Part shown: piece after piece, positions 16,563-26,006 of the stretch | How the letters are laid out: each line of letters begins with the position of its first letter | Numbering within the stretch: the stretch's first letter is position 1 | Assembly (NCBI GenBank): GCA_035583355.1 | Contig: DATEZQ010000003.1 | Span: 65,844-129,843, forward strand | Direction of reading: 5' to 3' | Origin: Minisyncoccota bacterium | GTDB lineage: Bacteria > Patescibacteriota > Minisyncoccia > Phycocordibacterales > UBA6899 | Length of the DNA stretch: 64,000 bases | The notes under the pieces: model-generated | What the model saw: only the letters and a program-made list of their open reading frames with translations | Databases searched by the model: none | What the model was told of the DNA's origin: nothing | Position numbers and translations under genes: made by a program

Positions 16563-16692
16563 GATTTTGGATGAAATTTGCTTTGTTGGAGGTAAATGAA
16601 CTCTAAGGAGATGGGCTCGGTGCCCATCGACTGAGTCATTTACCGAAACAAAGCAAAGCTCGCCAAAATATGTCGTTTACCTGAAAAATTAA
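16563..16692. ncRNA. Candidate structured RNA element, copy B (three nested stems plus apical hairpin gatgggc-tcggt-gcccatc)
   Basis: Lies in the 295-bp yebC-ruvC intergenic region. Its apical hairpin is identical to copy A, and P2 and P3 carry compensatory substitutions. Confidence 0.5.
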
Positions 16693-16769
16693 AACAGCCA
16701 CGCTTTAGTGGCAGTTTTAATTGAGTTGATTTGACTCGCGGTGGCGAGACCTCTACAGGCAAGAACGCC

Positions 16770-16800
16770 TGGTCCCCGAAGGGGCGTTCTTACTCTACAT
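16770..16800. other. Strong nested hairpin (aagaacgcc-tggtccccgaagg-ggcgttctt) overlapping the yebC stop codon
   Basis: Perfect 9-bp outer stem with an inner cccc-gaa-gggg stem. Not followed by a clean U-run on the minus strand. Confidence 0.4.
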
Positions 16801-17323
16801 TCGTATATACGTCCTGGACTTCTTCGCAAGACTCCAGCTCATCCACAAGCTTCTCAAGCGCCTCCAGATCCGCATCTTCAAGATCCATTGTTGAGTTTGG
16901 ACTATATTCTCCATCGGGATGACGAGTGAAAGCCCAAGTTGCTGAACCCGCTGATGCAAGTGCAAAACCATTTTTTGAAAGGATGTGCTTTATTTCTTGC
17001 GCAGCCTTGTTGCGATTACTTGTAAGTGCAACAATGATCATTGCACACGCTCCTGGTCCGTATGCCTCATAAATAAGCTCTTCTGACGCAACCATATCAC
17101 TCGACTGTCCTTTCTTTAGGGCGCGATCAATCGTATCCTTTGGCATATTCTCCTTCTTTGCCTTATCAATAAGCACTTTCACGCTTGCGGCATTTACATC
17201 GCCCTTCAAACGTTTCACTTCATTAGCAATAAGGGAACCATACTTTCCGAAAATTTTACTCTTCTTTGCATCCTCTGACCCTTTTTGTCTTTTGATCTGT
17301 GCCCACTTATTATGTCCTGACAT
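16790..17323 (-). CDS. yebC: YebC/PmpR-family transcriptional regulator, short (177 aa) form
   Basis: MSGHNKWAQIKRQKGSEDAKKSKIF N-terminus and YEAYGPGACAMIIVALTSNRNKAAQE core match the YebC family. Confidence 0.8.
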   Translation of the reverse strand: MSGHNKWAQIKRQKGSEDAKKSKIFGKYGSLIANEVKRLKGDVNAASVKVLIDKAKKENMPKDTIDRALKKGQSSDMVASEELIYEAYGPGACAMIIVALTSNRNKAAQEIKHILSKNGFALASAGSATWAFTRHPDGEYSPNSTMDLEDADLEALEKLVDELESCEEVQDVYTNVE

Positions 17324-17342
17324 GTGTTTTGAGTTTTTGCTA

Positions 17343-18746
17343 TTAATCGACAGTGATCTTCACGAATCGATGTTTCCCCACCTTCAGCACTAACGTCTCA
17401 TGAACTATTTGCTGAGAATCTGCGAGTTTATCTTCTCCATTCCTGCGTAATGCTCCCGCTTCAATAAGTCTACGAAACTCTGTTTTTGATGGAACAAACT
17501 TTTCTCGCAAGAGAATATCCACAAGAAGCTCTCCTTTCACTGCTTTTACTTCATGAATATCATCAGGGAGTCCTCCTTTTGCAAACGTTGCATCGAATTC
17601 CTGGCGCGCTGCTTCTGCTGCGGCTCGTCCATGATAAATCTCAGTAATCTGCTGTGCGAGATTCATCTTTGCTTCCTTTGGGTGAAGTTTTCCATTCTTA
17701 ATCTGTAAAAGAATCTCTTTCACCTCAGTAATAGGAGTAAATGTACACAGTGTGTAGTACGACTCCATAACAGAATCAGGAATAGACATCATCTTCCCAA
17801 ACATCTCAGTAGGTCCATCAATAATGCTTACATAATTATCAAGAGACTTACTCATTTTCTCTTTTCCATCGAGACCGACGAGGAGCTCAAATGAGAGCAC
17901 AGCTTGGGGTTCACGGTGATTCATCTCCATCACTCGGCGTCCCATAAGAAGGTTAAATGTCTGATCAGTACCACCAACTTCAAGATCACAACTTCCATAA
18001 ATACGTGCGAGCATGTCTGAGTCTATACCCTGAATGATCGGGTAAAGCATCTCGTGCATATAAAGAGATTCTCCTTCTTTGATTCGCTTCTGAAACATAT
18101 CACGCTCTGAAAGCTGTGCGAGTGTGATATGTTTTACTGTCCAGAGTAAGTTTGTAAGAGAAACAGAACTAATAAGACTGTTTCCCATCTTTGCTTGCAT
18201 GCGCGTTTCTTGATACGCAGCCATTTTCCCCATCAAAGAATTTGGGGTGAATGTAATGTGCTGTCCATGTTCATTAAATTCAATAACTGCATCATCAGGA
18301 AGATTAAGGTCTGTTGCGGAAAGAAACCAGTCTGAATTTCTTATCCAAGTAAACACTTCTTTATCAGTACGAAGGATTTTTCCAACCTGAGCAAGATAGG
18401 TGTGCATGTTTTCTTCAACCGCATGCTGCTCAATCTCTGGACGGACCTTACTTTTACCTGTCGGATCTCCAATTTGTGCAGTATAGTCACCAATAAGGAA
18501 AATAACCTTACAACCAAGATCCTGCATTTGCCGTAATTTTCGTAACACTACCGCGTGTCCGAGGTGAATATCGGGGCGTGTTGGATCGACACCAAACTTG
18601 ATGTAAATATCCTTATCATATTTCCCCTCTGCTTTTGCAATGAGTTTTTCTCGGAATTTATTCCCTGGATCCACAAAACTACCAACTCCGCGAGTAAGCA
18701 TGTCATCGACAAGACCAAGCAATTGCTCATGAGAAAGTGTCGTCAT
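17343..18746 (-). CDS. tyrS: Tyrosyl-tRNA synthetase with C-terminal S4 domain
   Basis: Class I HIGH-type motif HLGH, KMSKS motif, and a C-terminal S4-like RRLIEAGALRRNGE region. Confidence 0.88.
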   Translation of the reverse strand: MTTLSHEQLLGLVDDMLTRGVGSFVDPGNKFREKLIAKAEGKYDKDIYIKFGVDPTRPDIHLGHAVVLRKLRQMQDLGCKVIFLIGDYTAQIGDPTGKSKVRPEIEQHAVEENMHTYLAQVGKILRTDKEVFTWIRNSDWFLSATDLNLPDDAVIEFNEHGQHITFTPNSLMGKMAAYQETRMQAKMGNSLISSVSLTNLLWTVKHITLAQLSERDMFQKRIKEGESLYMHEMLYPIIQGIDSDMLARIYGSCDLEVGGTDQTFNLLMGRRVMEMNHREPQAVLSFELLVGLDGKEKMSKSLDNYVSIIDGPTEMFGKMMSIPDSVMESYYTLCTFTPITEVKEILLQIKNGKLHPKEAKMNLAQQITEIYHGRAAAEAARQEFDATFAKGGLPDDIHEVKAVKGELLVDILLREKFVPSKTEFRRLIEAGALRRNGEDKLADSQQIVHETLVLKVGKHRFVKITVD

Positions 18747-18819
18747 AGACCAATACTAGCAAAAATGGCTCCATTGCGCAAAATACACGAATTTTATATG
18801 TGGGTTATAATAAATACAT

Positions 18820-19086
18820 ATGACTGGTCCGATTAACCACTTTGAAGGATTGCTTGCAAAATACAAAGAGAAATTAGACACTCTCGATAATAATCGTCGA
18901 GATATCACCCAAGTAATCAAAGAAATCACCGGGGTAACAATAACTGAAAAAGAATTTGAGGTACGCGACCATACTCTTTTTCTCCACATCCATTCAGCAA
19001 AAAGACAAGTAATCTATTTCAAAAAAGAAGAACTCCTTCTCGCACTCCAACAACTTCCACAAAAACTCATCATGGATATCAAATAA
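18820..19086 (+). CDS. Hypothetical small protein (88 aa)
   Basis: ORF with a TATAAT at 18804..18809 about 10 nt upstream, followed by a terminator-like hairpin at about 19088..19120. Confidence 0.45.
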   Translation: MTGPINHFEGLLAKYKEKLDTLDNNRRDITQVIKEITGVTITEKEFEVRDHTLFLHIHSAKRQVIYFKKEELLLALQQLPQKLIMDIK

Positions 19087-19122
19087 AACACCGCCCAAGT
19101 GAGCGATGTTTTATTTTTTACT

Positions 19123-21714
19123 TTATTGTACTGATGTCTCTAATGCTGTTTGATCAATGAAGTTCTCCTCCATTGATGTTTCACCAGAAATTCCATCTGC
19201 ATCAACCGCTACAACACGTATTGTGTGAATACCTGCAGAAAGTTGGTGTTCTGCTGGTGAAAATGCAAATTCATAAGGTGGTTGTCGTACTGAACCAAGA
19301 AACTGCCCATCAAGGAAGAAGTCGACACGCTCAACCGTTTTTACTGAGGTAACCTTCGTTTGCACCTTATATTTATCAAGGAGTGAAACAACCTTATCAG
19401 CGTTCGCTTCATCAATAATTATTTCGACGGATGGTCCTGTTTGTTCACGCATTGTACTATTAGCTACAGTAATAAGTGCGGAACCAGGAATACCATTCTC
19501 TTTAAGCCATTTTTGTGCTGAAAACTCCCATCGCGCAAACTGTTCATCGTTTCCAGGATTCGAGGGAACAGGTCCTGTAGGATCATCTTTGTTTACAAAA
19601 AACAGAATATCATGTGCTTCACCAACATTTGGTATCAACTTTTGTTCCCTAAACTGTACTGGAACACTCGCATCAGCAATAACCCCTGTACGTGTATCAA
19701 TATCATATGGTGTTGTACTCATCCATACTCCACGGAGCGCGGGTTTTGTATTTGGGGCAATTGGATCAGGAGGTACAAAACGTTCATCTTTTGGAAAACG
19801 CTCTGGGAATTTTTTAAACACCTCATCAAGATAGTCGCGCCAAATTGGGGCCACTGCGAAACCTGCGGCCTTTTTCACCATGGGGGTATTATCATGATTT
19901 CCTGCCCACACTACAGCAACAACTGAAGGTGTGTACCCAATAACCCAATAATCTCTTGAGTCATTCGTTGTACCTGTCTTTACTGCAACTTGCCTGTCTG
20001 AAAAATGAAGTGCTGAATCTACGCCATAAGCGGGCGTACGCGCAACATTATCAGAAAGCACATCAGAAAGTAATCGTGTAACCTGAGGAGGAAGCACCTC
20101 ACGTGGTTCACTAGTATACTCTTTTATGATTTTTCCATCCTTATCCTCAACACGTTCAATCATTTGCGCTGGCTGTAATACTCCTTCATGGGCAAAAGCT
20201 CCATATGCCTGCGCCATCTCAAGTGGAGAAACTTCACCGGCTCCAAGCACTAAAGAGAGTCCGAATCGGTCTGCATGATCAAGCGTAGTAATACCGAGAT
20301 CTTTTGCAAGTGCGAGTGACTTCTTTATTCCTACAAGATAAAGCATTTTTACCGCTGGAACATTGAGTGATTGTGCAAGTGCATTACGAAGTGATATTGG
20401 ACCGTGATATGTTCCGTCATAATTCTTTGGTCGATAACACTCGGTATTATTTTCTGGAATCTTTGTTGCATCAATATCACAACGCGTATCAAAACTTGTC
20501 TGAGCATCAAACACTACAGTACTCGGGAGATATCCCTCACGGAAGGCTTCAGAATAAATAATTGGTTTGAATGATGAACCCGGCTGGCGTCGTCCATCAT
20601 TTACCACATTAAACATTCCATAACCCTTCTCACGATAATCACGAGAACCTACCAGTGCGAGCACTTGTCCTGTTTTTGGATCAAGTGAAACAAGGGCTGA
20701 ATTATCAGCATTGAAGTTTGATTGTAGTGTATTACGATGTTTTGCAATAGTATCCTCAGCAATACGCTGCAAATCAAGATCAAGTGTAGTAATAACCTTT
20801 AAACCTCCATTTTTCACATACTCCTCTCCATATTCATCCTCAAGACGCTGCTTCACCTCCATAACAAAGTGTGGGGCCTCGAGACTTCCTCCGAAATCTT
20901 GAGGGGTATCAAATCTCACCACCTCTCCTCGTGCCTGCTTTTCTTGATCTGCAGTAATCATCCCTAGTTCCTTCATGCGCTTTAGAACCAAGTTTTTACG
21001 CGCATTAAGTGCTGCTACATCGCCACCATGAGGGCGAAGTCGTGTTGGGGATTGTGGAAGAGCAGCGAGATACGCTGCCTCAGCTAAATCAACAGCACTC
21101 GCATGCTTTCCAAAATACCCCATTGACGCTTCTTCAACTCCAACAATATTTCCTCCATAAGGAGCATCATTAAGATAGAGTTCAAGAATTTCATTCTTAC
21201 TTTTTACTCGCTCGAGCTTTATAGCAAGAATCCACTCTTTCACTTTTCGAGTGATTGTCTTCTCTTGAGAGAGCAGTGCGTTTTTCACCACCTGTTGTGT
21301 AATTGTTGATCCTCCTTGAGCATAACCACCACTTGTAAAATTCGCATAAACTGCACGAAGAATTGCTCGTGGTTTTATCCCTGAATGCTGATAGAACTCT
21401 GCATCCTCAATAGCGATTGTCGCTTGCTGGATGTTTGTATTTATCTTATCAAGCGGCACAATTGTGCGCTGAATATCACCATAAACATCATAAAGAACAT
21501 ATTGTCCTGTATGATCATAAATCTTCGTTGACTGTGAACGGAACCGGGTATCCAAGAGTTGGAAATCTGGTATCTGTAAAGTGAGTGCCCAAGCAAGAAA
21601 AACACTTGTTATGAGTGTTCCAATAAGAAAAAACCATGTGAAAAAGTACTGAAACCAATACATTTTCCCTAATTTTTTCCTCCTGTGTGGTGGTATTGCA
21701 ATTGGTGAGTGCAT
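19123..21714 (-). CDS. Bifunctional class A penicillin-binding protein (transglycosylase plus transpeptidase), PBP1A-like
   Basis: N-terminal signal anchor. GT51 motif EDAEFYQHSGI. Transpeptidase SSFKP and KTGTTND motifs. Confidence 0.85.
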   Translation of the reverse strand: MHSPIAIPPHRRKKLGKMYWFQYFFTWFFLIGTLITSVFLAWALTLQIPDFQLLDTRFRSQSTKIYDHTGQYVLYDVYGDIQRTIVPLDKINTNIQQATIAIEDAEFYQHSGIKPRAILRAVYANFTSGGYAQGGSTITQQVVKNALLSQEKTITRKVKEWILAIKLERVKSKNEILELYLNDAPYGGNIVGVEEASMGYFGKHASAVDLAEAAYLAALPQSPTRLRPHGGDVAALNARKNLVLKRMKELGMITADQEKQARGEVVRFDTPQDFGGSLEAPHFVMEVKQRLEDEYGEEYVKNGGLKVITTLDLDLQRIAEDTIAKHRNTLQSNFNADNSALVSLDPKTGQVLALVGSRDYREKGYGMFNVVNDGRRQPGSSFKPIIYSEAFREGYLPSTVVFDAQTSFDTRCDIDATKIPENNTECYRPKNYDGTYHGPISLRNALAQSLNVPAVKMLYLVGIKKSLALAKDLGITTLDHADRFGLSLVLGAGEVSPLEMAQAYGAFAHEGVLQPAQMIERVEDKDGKIIKEYTSEPREVLPPQVTRLLSDVLSDNVARTPAYGVDSALHFSDRQVAVKTGTTNDSRDYWVIGYTPSVVAVVWAGNHDNTPMVKKAAGFAVAPIWRDYLDEVFKKFPERFPKDERFVPPDPIAPNTKPALRGVWMSTTPYDIDTRTGVIADASVPVQFREQKLIPNVGEAHDILFFVNKDDPTGPVPSNPGNDEQFARWEFSAQKWLKENGIPGSALITVANSTMREQTGPSVEIIIDEANADKVVSLLDKYKVQTKVTSVKTVERVDFFLDGQFLGSVRQPPYEFAFSPAEHQLSAGIHTIRVVAVDADGISGETSMEENFIDQTALETSVQ

Positions 21715-21777
21715 AAGTGTAGACTGTTTTACATTATATCACTTCTCATCGCAAGTCATAAATCATGAAGTAATAAT

Positions 21778-21810
21778 AAAACCTATAATACGTTACATAT
21801 TATAGGTTTA
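21778..21810 (-). terminator. Rho-independent terminator (aacctataat-acgttacat-attataggtt) downstream of dnaN
   Basis: Perfect 10-bp stem, U-rich on the minus strand. Confidence 0.55.
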
Positions 21811-21817
21811 ATGAGTT

Positions 21818-22957
21818 TTACCCTCGCATTGGCATAAGTAGATAACGGAATGAACCATCAGCTACCCCTTCAATAACGATAGGCCTTCCGGGACCTGCAC
21901 ACTTAAATACCACTGAATCAGTTGCAATAACACTGAGCACATCATTTAAGTAACGTGTATTTAAAAGATATTCTACAGATTCACCAGTGAGTACGGATTC
22001 GATCTGTTGCGAAGTCTCACCAACTTCATCGTTTCGGGCTTCTACTTCAAATACCCCTTCAGAAGGCATGATTTTTAGTCTAACCTGGTGTAATTTACCC
22101 GAAAAAACAGTTGTAATCTTTAATCGATCAATAAGATCTTGTTTTAATAGCGTCGCTTCCGAAGTTACCTGTTTTGGAATAATCTGATGATAATCAGGGA
22201 AAATACCATCAACAAGACGTGTTGTAAGACGGAAACGTCCACAAACAAACGTAAGCTGCGTGCGTGAGAAGTAGATATTCACCTGTTCATCAACACCTTC
22301 AAGTGCGCGACTGATCTCAGTAACATTCTTCGAAGGAATAAGCACGCGAATCTCTTCTTCAGGTACTGACTTAAGAGGAACCTTCTTTTCTGCGAGTCTC
22401 GAGGAGTCGGTCGCTACAAAATACAGCGTACCGTGCTCTATAGTCATCAACACTGATGCAAACTCGGGTTTAACGTCAGTTACCGCTGCGGCATATGAGG
22501 TGGCCTTAAAAGCGCTAATAAGGGTCTTTGCGGGCAAGGTGATATGTGTCCCCTTTTCAAGAAAGGGAAGGGTTGGAAAATCCTCATATCCATAACCCTT
22601 AATGAGTGTGGAGTAGTTCTCACCGGTGATTGTAAGATGTTCACCAACTTGCTCGAGGGTGACATTACGTTCCTGTGGGAGATTATTTAGGAATGAGCCC
22701 AATGTATCTGCGGGGATGGCAAGTACTCCTTCACGCTCAACACGTGCAGGGAGCTCGATCTCAATACCGAGATCGAGATTCGTTGCACGCAATCGCAACG
22801 ACGTATTGTTTGCAATAAGAAGTACGTAGCGCAAAACAGGAAGTGTTGCTTGCTTCGCTGTGAATCGTTCAGCAGTTAAGAGTGCGTCCTTCAGATTTAG
22901 TTTTACACATTCGAGCTTCATATTCTTTATATATAAATTCATTATTATTAAGAGCAC
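21818..22957 (-). CDS. dnaN: DNA polymerase III beta sliding clamp
   Basis: 379 aa with a three-domain clamp-like organisation. Lies immediately downstream of dnaA. Confidence 0.85.
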   Translation of the reverse strand: MLLIIMNLYIKNMKLECVKLNLKDALLTAERFTAKQATLPVLRYVLLIANNTSLRLRATNLDLGIEIELPARVEREGVLAIPADTLGSFLNNLPQERNVTLEQVGEHLTITGENYSTLIKGYGYEDFPTLPFLEKGTHITLPAKTLISAFKATSYAAAVTDVKPEFASVLMTIEHGTLYFVATDSSRLAEKKVPLKSVPEEEIRVLIPSKNVTEISRALEGVDEQVNIYFSRTQLTFVCGRFRLTTRLVDGIFPDYHQIIPKQVTSEATLLKQDLIDRLKITTVFSGKLHQVRLKIMPSEGVFEVEARNDEVGETSQQIESVLTGESVEYLLNTRYLNDVLSVIATDSVVFKCAGPGRPIVIEGVADGSFRYLLMPMRG

Positions 22958-23401
22958 TGTGGGTATGTGTATAGAAGTGATTTAGTGAGGCTAGTTAAGC
23001 ATCTTTTTCATTTCATTACTGTGGATAAACTGCCGAGCAGAATGACTTATCAACAGTAGGGAGACATACCAACAATCTCATCCCCATTACTCTTCTAGAA
23101 TACCTTAAAGTTACCCACTTGGAAACACACAGGAAAACACTCACTCTCCACCATCTCTCCCCAATGTGCGTAAGTATGTTAAAAGGTGACAGCTGAAAAA
23201 CCATTACATAGCAACCTCTTTTGCAAGTATTGGAGTATATTCAATGTAGTTCATTTGTACATGAAGTTACATATAAAACTAATTTGAATTATTTCATTTC
23301 TACCACTTAGAATACTAGTATCAAGAAGATATTTTTTAAGAAAGTCCTAATATATATTTATTGATACTTTCCTTCTAATTTAAAAAGCGCTTACGCGCTT
23401 T
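22958..23401. promoter_or_regulatory. oriC part II (dnaA-dnaN intergenic): DnaA boxes at 23020..23028 (TGTGGATAA) and 23047..23055 (TTATCAACA, 1 mismatch), plus a long AT-rich tract at about 23200..23380 (candidate DUE)
   Basis: Boxes and AT-rich tract read directly. This arrangement is typical of bipartite Firmicutes-type origins. Confidence 0.6.
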
Positions 23402-23405
23402 TTAA
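23384..23405. terminator. Rho-independent terminator (aaaaagcgc-ttac-gcgcttttt) overlapping the dnaA stop
   Basis: Perfect palindrome with flanking A and T runs. Confidence 0.65.
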
Positions 23406-24817
23406 AAGAGTGCTCTGATTTGTTCAATTTCTTGAAGAAGAATACCGTCTGTTTTCACATCGTTCTTTACCTTTTCACAACTATGGATGACTGTGGTGTG
23501 GTCCCTACCACCTAGTTTTTGTCCAATTAGTGGATATGAGATATTGAAATCCTCTCGAAGGATGAACATAAGGATCTGGCGAGGGCGGACGACTTCCTTT
23601 CGGCGCGTCTTCTCGTAAATATGTTTTTCATCGATATTATAGAAACCTGAGATAACGCGAACTATATCTTTGATTGATACAGGGCGTGTTGGCTTCGTAT
23701 TGTTCTTGATGAGTGATTTAATATCCATCACCGAGAGTTCACGTTGTTTCAATTGTGCCTGGCAAATAACTAGATTCAATGTTCCCTCAAGCTCACGAAT
23801 GGAAGCCTGTATGGTTTCTGCAACATAACGAAGGATTTCATCACTCAAGATGACACCTTGCTGGTGTGACTTCTCTTGGAGGATAGCGAGACGTGATTCA
23901 TAGTCAGGCATTGTTATTTCTACAATCATTCCTGCACCGAATCGTGATTTTAGGCGATCCTCAAGGCCATTGATGTAGTTCGGATGCCTATCTGAAGAGA
24001 AAATGATTTGCTTATTGTTTCCATGGAGTGCTTCGTAGAGATGGAAAAGCTCCTCTTGAGTCTTCTCTTTACCTGCAAAGAATTGAATATCATCCATGAT
24101 GAGCACATCGTGTTTACGATAACGCTCTTTGAATTCCGCATGCTTTCCTGATTGCACCGCAGAAACATAATCATTCGCGAAACGCTCAGAACTGATGTAT
24201 TGAATGCGCTTTCCTGGAAAGTTCTTCTTAATACCATTTCCTAATGCTTGTGTAAGGTGGGTCTTTCCGATACCTGTTTGTCCGTAGATGAACAGTGGGT
24301 TGTACATGATACCGGGCTTTCGGAGGACTGCTTGAGATGCGGCGAATGCAAGCTCATTGAATGGTCCCGTAATGAAGTTTTCGAAGGTATAACGAGGATT
24401 TAAGCCGTCTTCTTTGTTTACATAAGCCTCTGCAAGAGGAAGTTCCCCCGCCATACTCATTGAATTCGCACGTGCTTTCTGGGTGAACTCAGTCTTTTCG
24501 AGCTGTAGATCACGGCCGGCCTGATTTGGAGTGATATTCTTCGCAATTACGAAATCGATTGCACGGATTTCTGGAGAAATATTGCGAAGGATACGAAGAA
24601 TTGTGGAATTATACTTATTTGCGAGCCAGTCGCGTGCAAACTCATTGGTTGTGCCGATAAAAGCAGTACCCTGTTCGATTCGGGTGATCTTTGTATTTTT
24701 GAACCATGTAGTGAAGTTCGCTGGTGAAACTTCGAGTTCAATATCTACAAGCGCACGTGTCCACAATTCCTTATTCTCCATGATCATAGGTATAATTGAG
24801 TTTTGGTACCCCAACAT
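23402..24817 (-). CDS. dnaA: Chromosomal replication initiator protein DnaA
   Basis: AAA+ Walker A GQTGIGKTHL, Walker B VLIMDDIQF, and C-terminal DNA-binding domain GGRDHTTVIHSCEKV. Confidence 0.95.
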   Translation of the reverse strand: MLGYQNSIIPMIMENKELWTRALVDIELEVSPANFTTWFKNTKITRIEQGTAFIGTTNEFARDWLANKYNSTILRILRNISPEIRAIDFVIAKNITPNQAGRDLQLEKTEFTQKARANSMSMAGELPLAEAYVNKEDGLNPRYTFENFITGPFNELAFAASQAVLRKPGIMYNPLFIYGQTGIGKTHLTQALGNGIKKNFPGKRIQYISSERFANDYVSAVQSGKHAEFKERYRKHDVLIMDDIQFFAGKEKTQEELFHLYEALHGNNKQIIFSSDRHPNYINGLEDRLKSRFGAGMIVEITMPDYESRLAILQEKSHQQGVILSDEILRYVAETIQASIRELEGTLNLVICQAQLKQRELSVMDIKSLIKNNTKPTRPVSIKDIVRVISGFYNIDEKHIYEKTRRKEVVRPRQILMFILREDFNISYPLIGQKLGGRDHTTVIHSCEKVKNDVKTDGILLQEIEQIRALF

Positions 24818-25068
24818 TGATTTCTAAACACCGAGTCCAATTTGATTCAGTGGTCAAAAATTTTTTGTAAGCGTACAAGGGCCGGTTAACGTGTGCACAT
24901 TATAGCGGAGGGAATGCCATTTGCGCTATGGGCGCTTTTGTTCATAACCCTGTGGATAACGTGTTGATATGAAGATTACGTGAAAAGACTGCGCATAGCA
25001 AGTTGACGCTACCGATTATGTAATTTCACATAATAAAAAACAAAACAATTTTATGTTTTGTTTTTTTT
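24818..25068. promoter_or_regulatory. oriC part I (upstream of dnaA): perfect DnaA box at 24951..24959 plus AT-rich tract at 25021..25068
   Basis: TGTGGATAA read directly. A T-rich run (acaaaacaattttatgttttgttttttttc) flanks it. Confidence 0.55.
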
Positions 25069-25287
25069 CTAAGGCATATCAACGAGATTTTTTTGCCACG
25101 GATGACAGCGGGTGATACGAAGTAACCCTTTCCCTACCCCTTTCACAGCACCATGTTTTTCTATTGCAAGCTCCATGTACTCCGAACAAGTGGGGTGCAT
25201 TGCACAAGTACTTCTTCCACTTGAAAAGATACTCTTATCAGGAGAAAGAAAAGTTTGATAGAAGCGAATGATGTATTTAGTGAGCAT
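25069..25287 (-). CDS. yidD: Membrane protein insertion efficiency factor YidD. The ORF track extends to 25455; the start taken is the Met that overlaps the rnpA stop
   Basis: FYQTFLSPDKS...CAMHPTCSEYMELAIEKHG matches the YidD signature. It overlaps the rnpA stop by 11 nt. Confidence 0.7.
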   Translation of the reverse strand: MLTKYIIRFYQTFLSPDKSIFSSGRSTCAMHPTCSEYMELAIEKHGAVKGVGKGLLRITRCHPWQKNLVDMP

Positions 25288-25672
25288 GTTGCTTGTGAAG
25301 CACCTCGAGAAACTCTTTAAGGTCGCTTGCAATCGCTGCAAAGGTGATGTCTTGTGTGTGTACAACTGGGAACACAAGGAAAAATCCAAATGGAGTAGTG
25401 TCAAGCTTAGGAAGTTCATCGCGCAAGAGGCTGAATACGCGTCGCTTGAACACATTGCGTGTTATTTTCGTGCGATAGTATTTTTTTGCTGCAATAATAG
25501 CAATGCGTGCGCGCTCTCCCCTCTTGTGGATAGCACGAACACGGAGGACTTTACCGGTCCACTGGAAGCTTGGGAGGCGTGAATCCGGGAAATCTGCTCT
25601 TTGTATACGCCTTAATGAGGAAAGCATGGGATTAGTATAACAAATTGTCCATGCCTTGCTAGACATGGACAA
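25277..25672 (-). CDS. rnpA: Ribonuclease P protein component
   Basis: Basic 131-aa protein immediately downstream of rpmH, with an RNR-like basic region (ARIAIIAAKKYYRTKITRNVFKRR). Confidence 0.8.
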   Translation of the reverse strand: MSMSSKAWTICYTNPMLSSLRRIQRADFPDSRLPSFQWTGKVLRVRAIHKRGERARIAIIAAKKYYRTKITRNVFKRRVFSLLRDELPKLDTTPFGFFLVFPVVHTQDITFAAIASDLKEFLEVLHKQHAH

Positions 25673-25686
25673 TGAGTAGGGTTATT

Positions 25687-25824
25687 TTAAACCGTTACGA
25701 GGCGCTTGCGGCCGAGTGCGCGGCGACGTGCAAGGATAGCACGGCCAGTCGGGGTTGCCTTGCGAGCAAGAAAACCATGAGAACGCATACGCTTAAGCTT
25801 CTTTGGCTGGTACGTCTGAGACAT
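25687..25824 (-). CDS. rpmH: 50S ribosomal protein L34 (45 aa), missed by the ORF track
   Basis: Hand translation of the minus strand gives [45 protein letters not shown]. The overlapping ORF 25695..25916 is in a different frame on the same strand. Confidence 0.9.
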   Translation of the reverse strand: MSQTYQPKKLKRMRSHGFLARKATPTGRAILARRRALGRKRLVTV

Positions 25825-26006
25825 AATATGGGTACTCTATAACAAATTCTGGAAAAAAGCAAGCCCTTGGCTATAAATATAGCTATTTCAGGTACTCTTT
25901 TATAAAATCGAGGCAAAACGCATTCATTTATTATCTTTTGTGCTTACGGAGGTTTCTTTGTTTAGGGCTCGCAAAACAGCTTACTATCTGATAGTATTCA
26001 CCTAAC

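Noticed and set aside
16770-16800. Nested hairpin at the yebC stop considered as a riboswitch or attenuator
   Set aside because: It is too short and lacks any conserved motif. It is most simply a transcript-end stability hairpin, and is listed as a feature only.
25695-25916. 73-aa minus-strand ORF from the ORF track
   Set aside because: It overlaps the hand-translated rpmH (25687..25824, L34 consensus sequence) in another frame. The L34 reading is the real gene.
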